From: Acidobacteriota bacterium | GTDB taxonomy: Bacteria > Acidobacteriota > Thermoanaerobaculia > UBA5066 > Gp7-AA6 | Length of the DNA stretch: 64,000 bases | Direction: 5' to 3' | Assembly: GCA_039933215.1 (NCBI GenBank) | Contig: JBDTOO010000015.1 | Coordinates: 4,501-68,500 of the forward strand | Shown here: positions 34,944 to 44,126 of the stretch, in pieces | Layout of the letters: each line of letters opens with the position of its first letter | How positions within the stretch are numbered: the stretch's first letter is position 1 | Notes under the pieces: generated by a model | Told to the model about the DNA's origin: nothing | The model's input: the letters and a program-made list of their open reading frames with translations, nothing else | The model's database searches: none | Position numbers and translations under genes: made by a program

Positions 34944-37340
34944 GTGTCCGTCGTCCGGCGCGTGTCGCTCTTCGTCCTTCCCCTCGTCGCGGTCGGGCTT
35001 CTGGGCGCTCTGGCGGGGTCGGCCACCACGAGCTTCGTCCGGGTTCCCCGCGTCTCGGAGCTCGAAACCTACCGCCCGGACATCATCACCGAGATCCGCG
35101 GCAACGACGGCTCGACGATCGCGCGGTACGCCATCGAACGGCGCATCCTGGTCACGCGCGGCGAGATCCCGACGGTCCTGAAGAACGCGATCGTCGCGAC
35201 GGAAGACAAGAACTTCTACCGGCACGGGGGCATCGACCTGACGCGCACGATCTCCGCGGTCGCCGCGAACCTGCGTTCGCACCGCTACTCGCAGGGCGGC
35301 TCGACGCTCACGCAGCAGCTCGCGCGGGCGATCTTCCTCTCCCCCCGCAAGACGATCTCCCGGAAGGTGAACGAGGCGTTCGTGGCTTTCGAGATCGAGC
35401 GGCGGTACTCGAAGGACCAGATCCTGACGATGTACGTCAACGAGATCTACCTCGGCCATGGCAACTACGGGTTCGAGGCCGCGGCGCGGTATTACTTCGG
35501 CAAGAGCCTGAAGGACCTCTCCGTCGCGCAGGCGGCGCTTCTCGCGGGCATCGTGCAGCGGCCCGAGGACCAGTCGCCCTTCCGGAGCGCGATCCTCGCC
35601 GCGGGACGCCGTGCGACGGCGCTCCGACGCATGGAGGCGGAGCGCTACATCACGGCCGCCGAGCGCCGTGCGGCCGAGGCCGAGCCCCTGCCCGCCTCCC
35701 CCTCGCTCAAGGAGACGGTCGTCGCGCCCTATTTCTGCGAGGAGATCCGGCAGTACCTGGAGCGCACGTACGGCGAGAAGGACCTCTACCGGCGCGGGCT
35801 CCGCGTCGACTCGACGCTCGATCCCGAGCTGCAGGCCTGGTCGGAGGAGGCGGTCGGCTGGGGCCTTCGGCGGCTCGCGCGGCGGCACGGCTTTCGCCGG
35901 CCGCGAAACCTGACCGCGGAGGGCTACGCGAGCCTCGACACCTACGTGGATCCCACCTGGGAAGGCGCGAAGCTCGCGGAGGGCGACACGCTGCGCGGGG
36001 TGGTCCTCTCCGTGACCGCGACCTCGGCCGAGGTCCGCGTGGGCAAGGAGAGGCTGCCGCTGCGGCCGTCCGGCTACGGCTGGACGAGCGCGAGAGTGCT
36101 GACGAAGATCCTGAAGCCGGGCGACCTCGTCACCGTCACCGTCCAGAAGGGGAAAGATGGCGGCGCCCTCGCTCTCGACCAGGAGCCGACCGAGCAGGCC
36201 GCGCTCCTGATCCTCGAGAACTCGACGGGCGCCGTGCGGGCGATGGTCGGCGGATACGACTGGACGACCTCGAAGTTCAACCGCGCGACCCAGGCGCTCC
36301 GCCAGGCGGGCTCGACGTTCAAGCCGTTCGTGTACCTCGCGGCCCTCGAGTCGGGTTACACGCCTTCGGACACGATCTTCGACGGTCCGATCGCGATCGT
36401 CATGGATCCGCGCATGCCGGCGTGGCGCCCCGTCAACTACGACCGCAAGTTTCGAGGGATCGTCACGCTGCGCGTTGCGCTCGAGCATTCGATCAACGTC
36501 CCGACCGTCCGTCTCGCGCAGCTCGTCGGCCTCCAGCGGGTCATCGAGGCCGCTCACCGGCTCGGGATCCACGAGAGGCTCCAGGCCTATCCCTCCCTGG
36601 CGCTTGGCGCGTTCGAAGTCTCGCTGATGGAGATGACGTCGGCCTACACGGTGTTCGCCAACCAGGGGCTCGCCTTCCCTCCCTACACGTTCGAAAGGAT
36701 CTCCGACGCGAACGGCGATCCGCTCGAGAAGACCCACCCCGACGCGCGTGAGGTCACGAGCCCACAGGCATCTTTTCAGCTTCTCGAGATGCTGAAGGGC
36801 GTGACCCAGCGCGGCACCGGCGCCGCGGCGGCGAGCCTCAAGCTGAACATCGCCGGCAAGACCGGCACCACGAGCGACTACACGGACGCCTGGTTCATCG
36901 GGATGAATCCTCGCTACACCGTGGGTGTCTGGGTCGGCAACGATCTGAAGACGACCCTGGGATCGGGGATGGAGGGCGCCCGGGTCGCGCTCCCCATCTG
37001 GATGCGGCTCCTCCAGAAGATGAAGGACCAGGGCCGCCTCGACCCGAAGTCCGACTTCGATCCGCCGCCGAACGTCGTCTTCACGGCGGTCGACTACGAG
37101 ACGGGATTGAAGGCGACACCCGGAAGCCCCCGGCCGATCCTGGAGTCGTTCGTCAGCGGGTCGCAGCCGACGGAGGAGTGGAGCTCCAAGTGGGAGGAGA
37201 TCACGCGTCTCCCCTGGTCTCTCCAGAAATCCTTCTACGTGCCCAAGAAGGGCGAGGGCGCCGACGACGTTGGGGCCGCTCCCGCCGATACCGCCTCTCC
37301 CGCGCCTCCCGCGCCTCCCGCGACGCCGCCTCCGCACTGA
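34944..37340 (+). CDS. mrcA: Penicillin-binding protein 1A (bifunctional glycosyltransferase/transpeptidase)
   Basis: 798 aa. N-terminal TM anchor. GT51 motifs (EDKNFYRHGGID; RKVNEAFVA). Transpeptidase SxxK/SxN/KTG motifs (STFKPFVY; KTGTT). Confidence 0.85.
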   Translation: MSVVRRVSLFVLPLVAVGLLGALAGSATTSFVRVPRVSELETYRPDIITEIRGNDGSTIARYAIERRILVTRGEIPTVLKNAIVATEDKNFYRHGGIDLTRTISAVAANLRSHRYSQGGSTLTQQLARAIFLSPRKTISRKVNEAFVAFEIERRYSKDQILTMYVNEIYLGHGNYGFEAAARYYFGKSLKDLSVAQAALLAGIVQRPEDQSPFRSAILAAGRRATALRRMEAERYITAAERRAAEAEPLPASPSLKETVVAPYFCEEIRQYLERTYGEKDLYRRGLRVDSTLDPELQAWSEEAVGWGLRRLARRHGFRRPRNLTAEGYASLDTYVDPTWEGAKLAEGDTLRGVVLSVTATSAEVRVGKERLPLRPSGYGWTSARVLTKILKPGDLVTVTVQKGKDGGALALDQEPTEQAALLILENSTGAVRAMVGGYDWTTSKFNRATQALRQAGSTFKPFVYLAALESGYTPSDTIFDGPIAIVMDPRMPAWRPVNYDRKFRGIVTLRVALEHSINVPTVRLAQLVGLQRVIEAAHRLGIHERLQAYPSLALGAFEVSLMEMTSAYTVFANQGLAFPPYTFERISDANGDPLEKTHPDAREVTSPQASFQLLEMLKGVTQRGTGAAAASLKLNIAGKTGTTSDYTDAWFIGMNPRYTVGVWVGNDLKTTLGSGMEGARVALPIWMRLLQKMKDQGRLDPKSDFDPPPNVVFTAVDYETGLKATPGSPRPILESFVSGSQPTEEWSSKWEEITRLPWSLQKSFYVPKKGEGADDVGAAPADTASPAPPAPPATPPPH

Positions 37341-37376
37341 GAGGCCGCGCGGTCGCGGGGCGGAAGGCGGGAACGC

Positions 37377-37835
37377 CTACTGGGTCGCGGAAGTCAGAGG
37401 CTGTACGTCGACCGTCAGCACGGTCGTGACGTCGCGGTGGAGCCGGATGTGGACGGTGTGCTGCCCGATGCGCTTGATCGGCTCGGCGACCTCGATGCGC
37501 CGCCGGTCCACCTCGACGCCCCGCGCGGTCAGCGCGTCGGCGATCTCGGTCGCGGTCACGGAACCGTAGAGCACGCCCTCGTCGCCGGCCTTCTTCGTGA
37601 TGGCGACGGTCAGGCCCTCGATCTTCTTCGCCGTCTCTTCGGCGCCGGTGCGCTGGTGCGACATCTTCTCGTCGTACTTCTTCTTTTCCTCCGAGAGCCT
37701 CCGCACGTTGGCGTCGTTCGCCTCGTAGGCGACGCCCTGGGGGAACAGGAAGTTGCGCGCGTAGCCGGGTTTGACGGTCACCGTGTCGCCGCGGTGCCCC
37801 AGTCCCCGAACGTCGTCTGCCAGGATCACTTTCAT
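37377..37835 (-). CDS. rplI: 50S ribosomal protein L9
   Basis: ATG verified at 37833-37835 (MKVILADDVRGLGHRGDTVTVKPGYARNFLFPQG...). The upstream 47 aa of ORF 37377..37976 overlap the DUF2232 gene and are rejected. Confidence 0.9.
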   Translation of the reverse strand: MKVILADDVRGLGHRGDTVTVKPGYARNFLFPQGVAYEANDANVRRLSEEKKKYDEKMSHQRTGAEETAKKIEGLTVAITKKAGDEGVLYGSVTATEIADALTARGVEVDRRRIEVAEPIKRIGQHTVHIRLHRDVTTVLTVDVQPLTSATQ

Positions 37836-38815
37836 GGCTGCTTTTCCGCTTTCTCGCCTCGGTGGCGAAAGTCCGCGTACCAGTCGAAGATGCCGAGGAG
37901 GCCGACCCCCACGTTGAGTGGGAAGTAGACGACCAGGGCGTAAAGGCCGGCGCGGAGGATTCGCGCCCGAAACCACTTCCGGGCGAAGTGGCAGATGATA
38001 GAGAGGCCCGTCAGAAAATACAAGGCCGCCAGGGGGATCAGGATGTCCCCCGCCCAGGGACGAAGGTCCGCGGGGAGGAGCAGGAAGCCGGCCCCCGCGC
38101 CCACGAAGAGCGCGACGACGCCCGCGGGCAATCGGAGCTCCTCGAAGCGCACCGACTCCGCCGAGGGGGCTGGCCGGGCCGACCGGGCCCCGAAATAGAA
38201 GGAGATGGCGGCAGCGATCGCCCAGGACGCTCCCACGAGGCCGAGCCAGTAGGCCTGTGCGAACTCTTTGAACCGCCGGAACGTCGCGGCCATCCGGGCG
38301 GAGGTCTCGCCGTCGACCCCGGAAGACGGGGCGGCGGCGGCCGGAGACATGGCGTCGAAAGCCTTCCCGATCTCCACGGCGAGCGGCGGCGCCCCGGCGC
38401 TCTCCCGAAGGATCAGGACGCCCGCGAGGAGACCGAACCCGACGGCGGAGAGCAGCAGGAACCCGCGCGACGGGGCCATGCCCCGCCGGACGAGCCCCGT
38501 GAACAACACGGGCAGGAGCGTCGCCGCGAGCCCGAGGGACGCCCCGGCGAGGGCCTCGGCGGCGCTGCCGCTCGCGAAACCCAGTCCCGCGAGCACCGCG
38601 GCCGCGAGAAGGCTGCCGCCGGTCCCCGCCGTCAGGCCCCGCCGGTGGGTCAGCCGGACGAGCGGGACACCCGCGAAAGCGAGCGCGAGCGATCCCGCGA
38701 TCGGCAGCACGAGGAAGAGCGCGAAGAGGAGCGCCGACGAGAGCCCGGCGAACAGGGCCTCGATGAGGACGCTCCCCTTCTTCCGCGCGTCCGGCGCGGC
38801 GGATTCAACTTCCAT
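37832..38815 (-). CDS. DUF2232 (YybS-like) polytopic membrane protein
   Basis: 327 aa, multiple TM helices. Same position as B. subtilis yybS upstream of rplI. 4-nt overlap with rplI. Confidence 0.7.
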   Translation of the reverse strand: MEVESAAPDARKKGSVLIEALFAGLSSALLFALFLVLPIAGSLALAFAGVPLVRLTHRRGLTAGTGGSLLAAAVLAGLGFASGSAAEALAGASLGLAATLLPVLFTGLVRRGMAPSRGFLLLSAVGFGLLAGVLILRESAGAPPLAVEIGKAFDAMSPAAAAPSSGVDGETSARMAATFRRFKEFAQAYWLGLVGASWAIAAAISFYFGARSARPAPSAESVRFEELRLPAGVVALFVGAGAGFLLLPADLRPWAGDILIPLAALYFLTGLSIICHFARKWFRARILRAGLYALVVYFPLNVGVGLLGIFDWYADFRHRGEKAEKQP

Positions 38816-38880
38816 TCGGCTGCCGTTCTCGGGCGGCGGTGCTCCGCCCGGAGGACGCGCGGGGCTCCCCGCGCGTCCGA

Positions 38881-39171
38881 TCAGTCCGTCGCGTATGGCA
38901 GCAGCGCGATCGACCGGGCGCGTTTGATCGCCGTCTGGAGCTTGCGCTGATGGAGGGCGCAGGTCCCCGAGATGCGGCGCGGGAGGATCTTTCCGCGCTC
39001 CGGGATGAACGACTGGAGCAGCTTGATGTCCTTCCAGTCGACGTACTCGATGTGCTCCGCGCAGAACTTGCAGACCTTCCGGCGGCGTACGAAGAACTTC
39101 TTGCGGCCGGTGGGCTTGCCGTCACGCTCCTTGGCGTTGCGCCCACCCGAACGGCTCGGCATGGCGGTCAT
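38881..39171 (-). CDS. rpsR: 30S ribosomal protein S18
   Basis: 96 aa. Conserved CKFC...IDYKD-like core ([25 protein letters not shown]...[14 protein letters not shown]). Confidence 0.9.
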   Translation of the reverse strand: MTAMPSRSGGRNAKERDGKPTGRKKFFVRRRKVCKFCAEHIEYVDWKDIKLLQSFIPERGKILPRRISGTCALHQRKLQTAIKRARSIALLPYATD

Positions 39172-39599
39172 GATTCACTCCTTGAGTTCGTTTCGCCGGC
39201 CATGGAGGCTGGGCCCGGGGACGCGCCTTCGGCCTGGACGGGTGCGGGGCGCGGAGGACGCTTCAGCGCTTTCGCCTTCATCTTCTCGGCGCTCTTCGCG
39301 GCGCGCTTCAGCTCTTCGTCCGCGCGCACCGACAGGTGCCGGAGAACCTGGTCGGAGAGCTTCAGCCGGCGCTCGAGCTCCGCGACGATCGGGGGCTCGG
39401 CGTTGACCTGGAGGTAGTGGTAGAACGCCTCCTTCTTACGCAGGATGGGGAAGCCCAGGCGCCGGCGGCCCCACGGCTCTTCCTTGACGATCTCCGCTCC
39501 GCCGTCCGTCAGAATCTTCTTGTAGTCGCCCGCGAGCTTGGTCGCGTCTTCTTCCGACAGGTCCGGGGTCACCAGGATGACGATGTCGTACAGCCTCAT
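39168..39599 (-). CDS. rpsF: 30S ribosomal protein S6
   Basis: 143 aa ([17 protein letters not shown]...[10 protein letters not shown]...). 4-nt overlap with rpsR. No ssb lies between them. Confidence 0.9.
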   Translation of the reverse strand: MRLYDIVILVTPDLSEEDATKLAGDYKKILTDGGAEIVKEEPWGRRRLGFPILRKKEAFYHYLQVNAEPPIVAELERRLKLSDQVLRHLSVRADEELKRAAKSAEKMKAKALKRPPRPAPVQAEGASPGPASMAGETNSRSES

Positions 39600-39620
39600 T
39601 CTCGATCCTCCTCGTGGATG

Positions 39621-40223
39621 TCAATCCGGACCCGAGGCGGGGTCCGGAGAGGAAGGTTTAGGATTCGCGCTCCTCATGGCGGCGTCGATCCCGTCGGTGA
39701 TCCAGATCCGGAGCGCGTCCGCCGCGCGGCCGATCGCGGCCTCGAAGACCTCGCGCTCCCCTTTCGCGAAGGGCTCGAGCACGTAGTCGGCGAGGTCGCG
39801 GTCCCGGGAGTAGCGCTCGCCCCGGATGCCGATCCGCAACCGGGGAAACTCGCTCGTCCCGAGGGCCGAGATGATGGACTTGATCCCTTTCTGTCCCCCC
39901 GCGGAGCCCCGCGCGCGCATACGCAGGATCCCGAGGGGCAGGTCGATGTCGTCGGAGACGACGCAGACCTCCGAGGGTTCGATGCCGTTCTTGTTGCAAA
40001 GAGCTGAGACGGCCTCACCCGAGGCGTTCATGTAAGTCTGGGGCAGGGCCAGGACCACTGGCTCTCCGGCGATGCGCCCGCGGCCGACGCGCGACTGCGC
40101 CTCCCGCGAACGGATCCGGATTCCCTCCTGCTCGGCGAGGGCCTCCACCACGCGGAACCCCGCGTTGTGGCGCGTGCCCTCGTAACGGTCCCCCGGGTTG
40201 CCGAGACCGACGATGGCGCGCAG
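39621..40223 (-). CDS. pth: Peptidyl-tRNA hydrolase
   Basis: The conserved N-terminus (L)RAIVGLGNPGDRYEGTRHNAGF is encoded immediately after the rplY TAG stop. The only possible initiator there is CTG (40223-40221); the ORF-track ATG at 40151 would delete the GLGNPG motif. The C-terminal region matches Pth. Confidence 0.8.
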   Translation of the reverse strand: MRAIVGLGNPGDRYEGTRHNAGFRVVEALAEQEGIRIRSREAQSRVGRGRIAGEPVVLALPQTYMNASGEAVSALCNKNGIEPSEVCVVSDDIDLPLGILRMRARGSAGGQKGIKSIISALGTSEFPRLRIGIRGERYSRDRDLADYVLEPFAKGEREVFEAAIGRAADALRIWITDGIDAAMRSANPKPSSPDPASGPD

Positions 40224-40226
40224 GCC

Positions 40227-40934
40227 CTACTTCTCCTTCTTCTCCGCTTTCTTGTCGGGCTTGGCGTCCTTGTCCGCGCCCTCTTCGTCGGTCACGACCT
40301 TGCCCTTCTTCAGAACCTCGGGCTCCGCGGCCGCCTCGGCTCCTTCGACCGGCACCGCCGCCGCGATCTCCTGGGTCGGCTGCGCGACGTGGACGATCAC
40401 CTTTTCCGGGTCGTCGACGATCTCGACACCCTCGACCGTCTTCAGGTCCTTGATGCGGATCGCGTCGCCGATGCCGAGCTCGGACACGTCGAGCGGAAGG
40501 TGCGCGGGGATGTTCCCGGGAAGGGACTCGATCTCGACCTCACGCGTGACCATGTCGAGGATGCCGCCGTCCGTCTTCACGCCGCGGGCGACGCCCACGA
40601 TCTCGATCGAGACGAAGACGCGGATCTTCGCGTCCATCATGACGCGCACGAAATCGATGTGGAGGGCCTTGCGCGACAAAGGATCCTTCTGGAGCTCCTT
40701 GATCATGGCGTGGCGGCTCTGATCCGAGCCCGCGAGCTTCAGGAGGAAGATCGCGTTCTCCCCCGCCCCGTTGCGGAACGCGTCGGAGAGCGACTTGCGG
40801 TCGACGACGATGGGTACGGTCGCCTTGCCCGCCCCGTACACGATCGCCGGGATCTTGCCGGAGACGCGGGTCCGGCGGGCTTCATTCTTGCCCCGCGAGG
40901 AGCGCTTTTCGACGTTCAGTTCGATGGTCTTCAT
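40227..40934 (-). CDS. rplY: 50S ribosomal protein L25 / general stress protein Ctc
   Basis: 235 aa. L25 beta-barrel N-domain (MKTIELNVEKR...IPAIVYG) plus Ctc-type C-terminal extension and Lys/Glu-rich tail. Confidence 0.85.
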   Translation of the reverse strand: MKTIELNVEKRSSRGKNEARRTRVSGKIPAIVYGAGKATVPIVVDRKSLSDAFRNGAGENAIFLLKLAGSDQSRHAMIKELQKDPLSRKALHIDFVRVMMDAKIRVFVSIEIVGVARGVKTDGGILDMVTREVEIESLPGNIPAHLPLDVSELGIGDAIRIKDLKTVEGVEIVDDPEKVIVHVAQPTQEIAAAVPVEGAEAAAEPEVLKKGKVVTDEEGADKDAKPDKKAEKKEK

Positions 40935-40994
40935 TCGTTTCCCCGCGCGGAAAGCCGCGCAAAACGTTAGATCCTATACGAAAAACGGGGGATT

Positions 40995-41951
40995 CTACAC
41001 GAAAAGCGAGGAAACGGACGTCCCGTCGTGGATCCGCTGGATCGCCTCGCCGAGGATGGGAGCGATCGACAGCGGCTGGATCCGGGCGCACCGGGCCAGG
41101 GCGGCCTCCATCGGGACGGTATTGGTCACCATGAGGCTCTCGAGGCCCGAGGCCTCGATCCGCTCGATCGCCGGGCCGGAGAGCACGGGGTGAACGGCCG
41201 CCGCGTAGGTCCGGCGCGCGCCCTGGCGCCGGAGCGCCGCCTCGGCCTGGACGAGAGTTCCGGCTGTGTCCACGATGTCGTCCAGGATCAGGACGTCCTT
41301 GCCCTCGACCTCTCCGACGACGTTCAGGACCTCCGTCTCGTTCTTTCCCGTCCGCCGCTTGTCGATGATGGCGAGCGAAGCCCCGAGCCGTTTGCCGATC
41401 GCACGGGCCCGTGCCACCCCGCCGACGTCCGGCGAGACGATCACGAGGTCTTCGAGCTCGAGCTTGCGGATCGCGTCGAGGAGAACCGGGGCGGCGAAAA
41501 GGTGGTCGACGGGGATGTCGAAGAAGCCCTGGATCTGGGCCGCGTGCAGGTCCATGGTCAGGATCCGGTCCGCCCCCGACGCCGTCAGGAGGTCGGCCAT
41601 GAGCTTGGCCGCGATCGGCACGCGCGGCTTGTCCTTCTTGTCCTGCCGCGAATAGCCGAAATAGGGCATCACCGCGGTGATCCGCGAGGCCGAAGACCGG
41701 CGGAAGGCATCGAGGAGGATGAGCAGCTCCATGACGTGGTCGTTCACCGGCGAGCTCGTGGGCTGGACGATGAACACGTCCGCGCCGCGAACGTTCTCGT
41801 CGATCTGGCAGTAATTCTCGCCGTCGGAAAAATTGTAGAGCGTCAACTGCCCGAGGGGGATCTCGAGGTAAGCGCAGATCTCCCGGGCCAGCGCCGGATG
41901 CGCGCGCCCGGAAAAAATCTTCAGGTCGCCGTAAGAAAAATTAGGTCCCAA
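40995..41951 (-). CDS. prs: Ribose-phosphate pyrophosphokinase
   Basis: 318 aa. PRPP-binding motif (VLILDDIVDTAGT) and the conserved N-terminal half. Confidence 0.9.
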   Translation of the reverse strand: MGPNFSYGDLKIFSGRAHPALAREICAYLEIPLGQLTLYNFSDGENYCQIDENVRGADVFIVQPTSSPVNDHVMELLILLDAFRRSSASRITAVMPYFGYSRQDKKDKPRVPIAAKLMADLLTASGADRILTMDLHAAQIQGFFDIPVDHLFAAPVLLDAIRKLELEDLVIVSPDVGGVARARAIGKRLGASLAIIDKRRTGKNETEVLNVVGEVEGKDVLILDDIVDTAGTLVQAEAALRRQGARRTYAAAVHPVLSGPAIERIEASGLESLMVTNTVPMEAALARCARIQPLSIAPILGEAIQRIHDGTSVSSLFV

Positions 41952-42076
41952 GAGTCCCGAATTCTACACGCCAGCGATCCCTCACCCCATGCGGTTTGAG
42001 GACGCTCGACTCCTTCAACCGCCGCCACGAGAGAGAGTCGCTCACGCCCCACTGAAACAACAGCGGGAGCCGCAGC

Positions 42077-42095
42077 GGTCGCGCCCGGCGCGACC
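42077..42095 (-). terminator. Perfect palindromic hairpin downstream of tRNA-Gln (possible terminator/processing stem)
   Basis: GGTCGCGC-ccgg-GCGCGACC lies 15 nt past the tRNA 3' end. Only a weak U-rich tract follows, on the minus-strand RNA. Confidence 0.25.
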
Positions 42096-42109
42096 GCGGA
42101 GGCGACGGA

Positions 42110-42185
42110 TGGCTGGGGCGGATGGACTCGAACCATCAGATGCCGGCTCCAAAGGCCGGTGCCTTACCAGTTTGGCGACGCCCCA
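42110..42185 (-). tRNA. tRNA-Gln (anticodon UUG)
   Basis: Minus-strand TGGGGCGTCGCCAAACTGGTAAGGCACCGGCCTTTGGAGCCGGCATCTGATGGTTCGAGTCCATCCGCCCCAGCCA folds as a cloverleaf (7-bp acceptor with U1:A72, GCC/GGC D-stem, CCGGC/GCCGG anticodon stem, TTG anticodon, GATGG/CCATC T-stem). It is near-identical in its 5' half to E. coli tRNA-Gln. CCA is encoded. Confidence 0.85.
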
Positions 42186-42268
42186 GAAGAGTGGCGATCA
42201 GGATAACGCCGAATCGCGCGGGGCGCGCCGCTGCCGTACGGGGGCCGGGATGAACGAGAGGCGGAGGT

Positions 42269-42610
42269 TCAGCCGGAGAACGTGGACGCGCCCGTCTCCT
42301 GGAGCGCGGCGCCGGCTTCCGCGTAATCCGCCGCGACATCCGGGGGCGAGGGCGACGCGACGCGCGCCCGCTCGTACTCGTCCAGGATGCGGCGCTCCAT
42401 GCGCTCCCGGGTCTCCCGGTTCAGCGGATGAGCGATGTCCTTGAACTCGCCGTTTTTCTTTCTCTTCGAGGGCATCGAGATGAACAGGCCGTTGGGACCG
42501 TGGATGACTTTCAGATCCGAAACGAGGAAGCAATCGTCGAGCACGATGGAGACGTAGGCCTTGAGCTTCTCCTCATCGACCGGGAAGACTTTGACCTGGG
42601 TAATGTCCAT
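42269..42610 (-). CDS. spoVG: Septation protein SpoVG
   Basis: 113 aa (MDITQVKVFPVDEEKLKAYVSIVLDDCFLVSDLKVIHGPNGLFISMPSKRKKNGEFKDIAHP). Confidence 0.85.
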   Translation of the reverse strand: MDITQVKVFPVDEEKLKAYVSIVLDDCFLVSDLKVIHGPNGLFISMPSKRKKNGEFKDIAHPLNRETRERMERRILDEYERARVASPSPPDVAADYAEAGAALQETGASTFSG

Positions 42611-43475
42611 TTCGACCTCCGGGAGGCGTAGTTCGCGACACGTACTCGGCTCGTCCGAGAGTCCGGGTCCGCTCGAAGCGCGCCTCAGGGTGACGTTGCG
42701 CCAGCCAGCTCTCGGCCCCGGTGCCCGCCCCGATCAGAACGACCGTGGAGCCCGAGCCGGTGAGGCTCGAGTCCGAGCCGACTTGTCGAGCGGATTCCAG
42801 ATAGGCCTTCATCGCACCCTCTACCTCTAGCACGGCGGATGCCAGTTCATTTGGCCCGAAGAACTTTCCAGAAGTCTCGAGGTCGAGACGCTCGGCAACG
42901 CGCGCGCCCTCGCCGGTCCTTCGCGCGTGGGCCTCGAAGACCTCGCGCGTCGAAAGGGGAAAGGGCGGAATGAGAAGAAGGAGCTCGGCCGCCGGGGCGT
43001 CCGGTCGGGGAACCACGTGTTCTCCCCTTCCGGAAACGTCCGCATCGCCGCCGACCAGGAAATAGGGAACATCGCTGCCAAGGGTCGGAGCGACCCTCGA
43101 AACGATCTCCCCGGAGGGGTCGACGTCCCACAGGCGCCGCAGGAGGCGGAGCGCCGCGGCGGCGTCGGAGCTGCCGCCCCCGAGCCCCGCGCCGACGGGA
43201 ATGCGCTTGTCGAGGACGATGCGGGCTCTCGGCTCGACGCCGGCCTCGAGCGCGAGCCCGCGCGCCGCGCGGAGAACGAGGTTGCTCTCTCCGCAGTCGA
43301 GCGGCTCGCCGCGGCAAAGGAGCTCGAGCCGGTCGGAAGCCTCGACCGTCAGGGTGTCGGAGAGATCGATCGACGAGAATCGGGAGAGAAGATCGTGGAA
43401 CCCGTCGCTCCGCCGCGCTCCCACGCGCAGCTCCCGGTTGATCTTGGCCGGCGCGTCGGCGCTCCACGCGCTCAA
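42573..43475 (-). CDS. ispE: 4-diphosphocytidyl-2-C-methyl-D-erythritol kinase
   Basis: 300 aa. GHMP kinase motifs (KRIPVGAGLGGGSSDAAAAL; GSGSTV). The 3' end overlaps the spoVG start by 38 nt. Confidence 0.85.
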   Translation of the reverse strand: MSAWSADAPAKINRELRVGARRSDGFHDLLSRFSSIDLSDTLTVEASDRLELLCRGEPLDCGESNLVLRAARGLALEAGVEPRARIVLDKRIPVGAGLGGGSSDAAAALRLLRRLWDVDPSGEIVSRVAPTLGSDVPYFLVGGDADVSGRGEHVVPRPDAPAAELLLLIPPFPLSTREVFEAHARRTGEGARVAERLDLETSGKFFGPNELASAVLEVEGAMKAYLESARQVGSDSSLTGSGSTVVLIGAGTGAESWLAQRHPEARFERTRTLGRAEYVSRTTPPGGRNGHYPGQSLPGR

Positions 43476-44116
43476 CGCAGGGACTCCCGCGCCTGCAGTG
43501 TCAGCTGGAGGCGGCTCGCGCTCGACCGTTCCTCGATCGAGACTTTCCTCGGCCAGGGGTCGGCCGTCTCCCCATAGGACGCTTCGTAGGTCCGGCCGTC
43601 GCGCTCGACCCGCAGCGACGCGAAGCGCGCCTGAGCGAGGTTCAGGACCCCCTCGGCGCGGGCCGGGCCCGACCAGACGAGGAGCGCGTCGCCTCCCAGG
43701 ATGCCGCGGACCTGCGGGTCCGGATCCTTCCAGATTCCCGCGAGGAGCCAGAGGAGCGGCTCCGGCTCGATGACGACGGGCGCGAACTTCTCGCCGCGAA
43801 GCGCCCCGTTCTCGTAGACGGCGACGGGCGACCCGAATGGTCCGGTGATGGTGGCGCGGACCGGATCGCCCGTCGTCACCGCGAGAGTTCCCGGCAGCGA
43901 CGCGAGCCCCTGGCTGAGCTTCGCGTCGTACAGGAGGCGGGAGGGCCCCAGGGAGTCCGCCCGCGCGACCGCTTCGCGCCAGGCGGCGAGGGCGAGGGAT
44001 ACCTGCTCCGCTCCGGCGGGACCGAAAGACCTGGCGGGCCGGCGGGCCGCGCAGCCGCTGATTGCGAGCAGGAGGGCGCCGAGCGTGACGGCCGCGGCGG
44101 CTCGCGTGCGGATCAG
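43472..44116 (-). CDS. LolB-like outer-membrane lipoprotein (start apparently CTG)
   Basis: The reading frame of ORF 43472..43879 stays open upstream and encodes (L)IRTRAAAAVTLGALLLAISGC, a lipobox signal peptide. No ATG/GTG/TTG occurs in any frame between the TPR-gene stop and the signal peptide. CTG at 44116 with GAGG 9 nt upstream is the best initiator. Position upstream of ispE matches the common lolB–ispE order. Confidence 0.5.
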   Translation of the reverse strand: MIRTRAAAAVTLGALLLAISGCAARRPARSFGPAGAEQVSLALAAWREAVARADSLGPSRLLYDAKLSQGLASLPGTLAVTTGDPVRATITGPFGSPVAVYENGALRGEKFAPVVIEPEPLLWLLAGIWKDPDPQVRGILGGDALLVWSGPARAEGVLNLAQARFASLRVERDGRTYEASYGETADPWPRKVSIEERSSASRLQLTLQARESLR

Positions 44117-44126
44117 CGGCGGCGCC

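Noticed and set aside
40935-40994. GCGCGG-aaag-CCGCGC hairpin between prs and rplY considered as a terminator
   Set aside because: Not followed by a U-tract on either strand. It may be a regulatory stem in the rplY leader, but the evidence is too weak to call.
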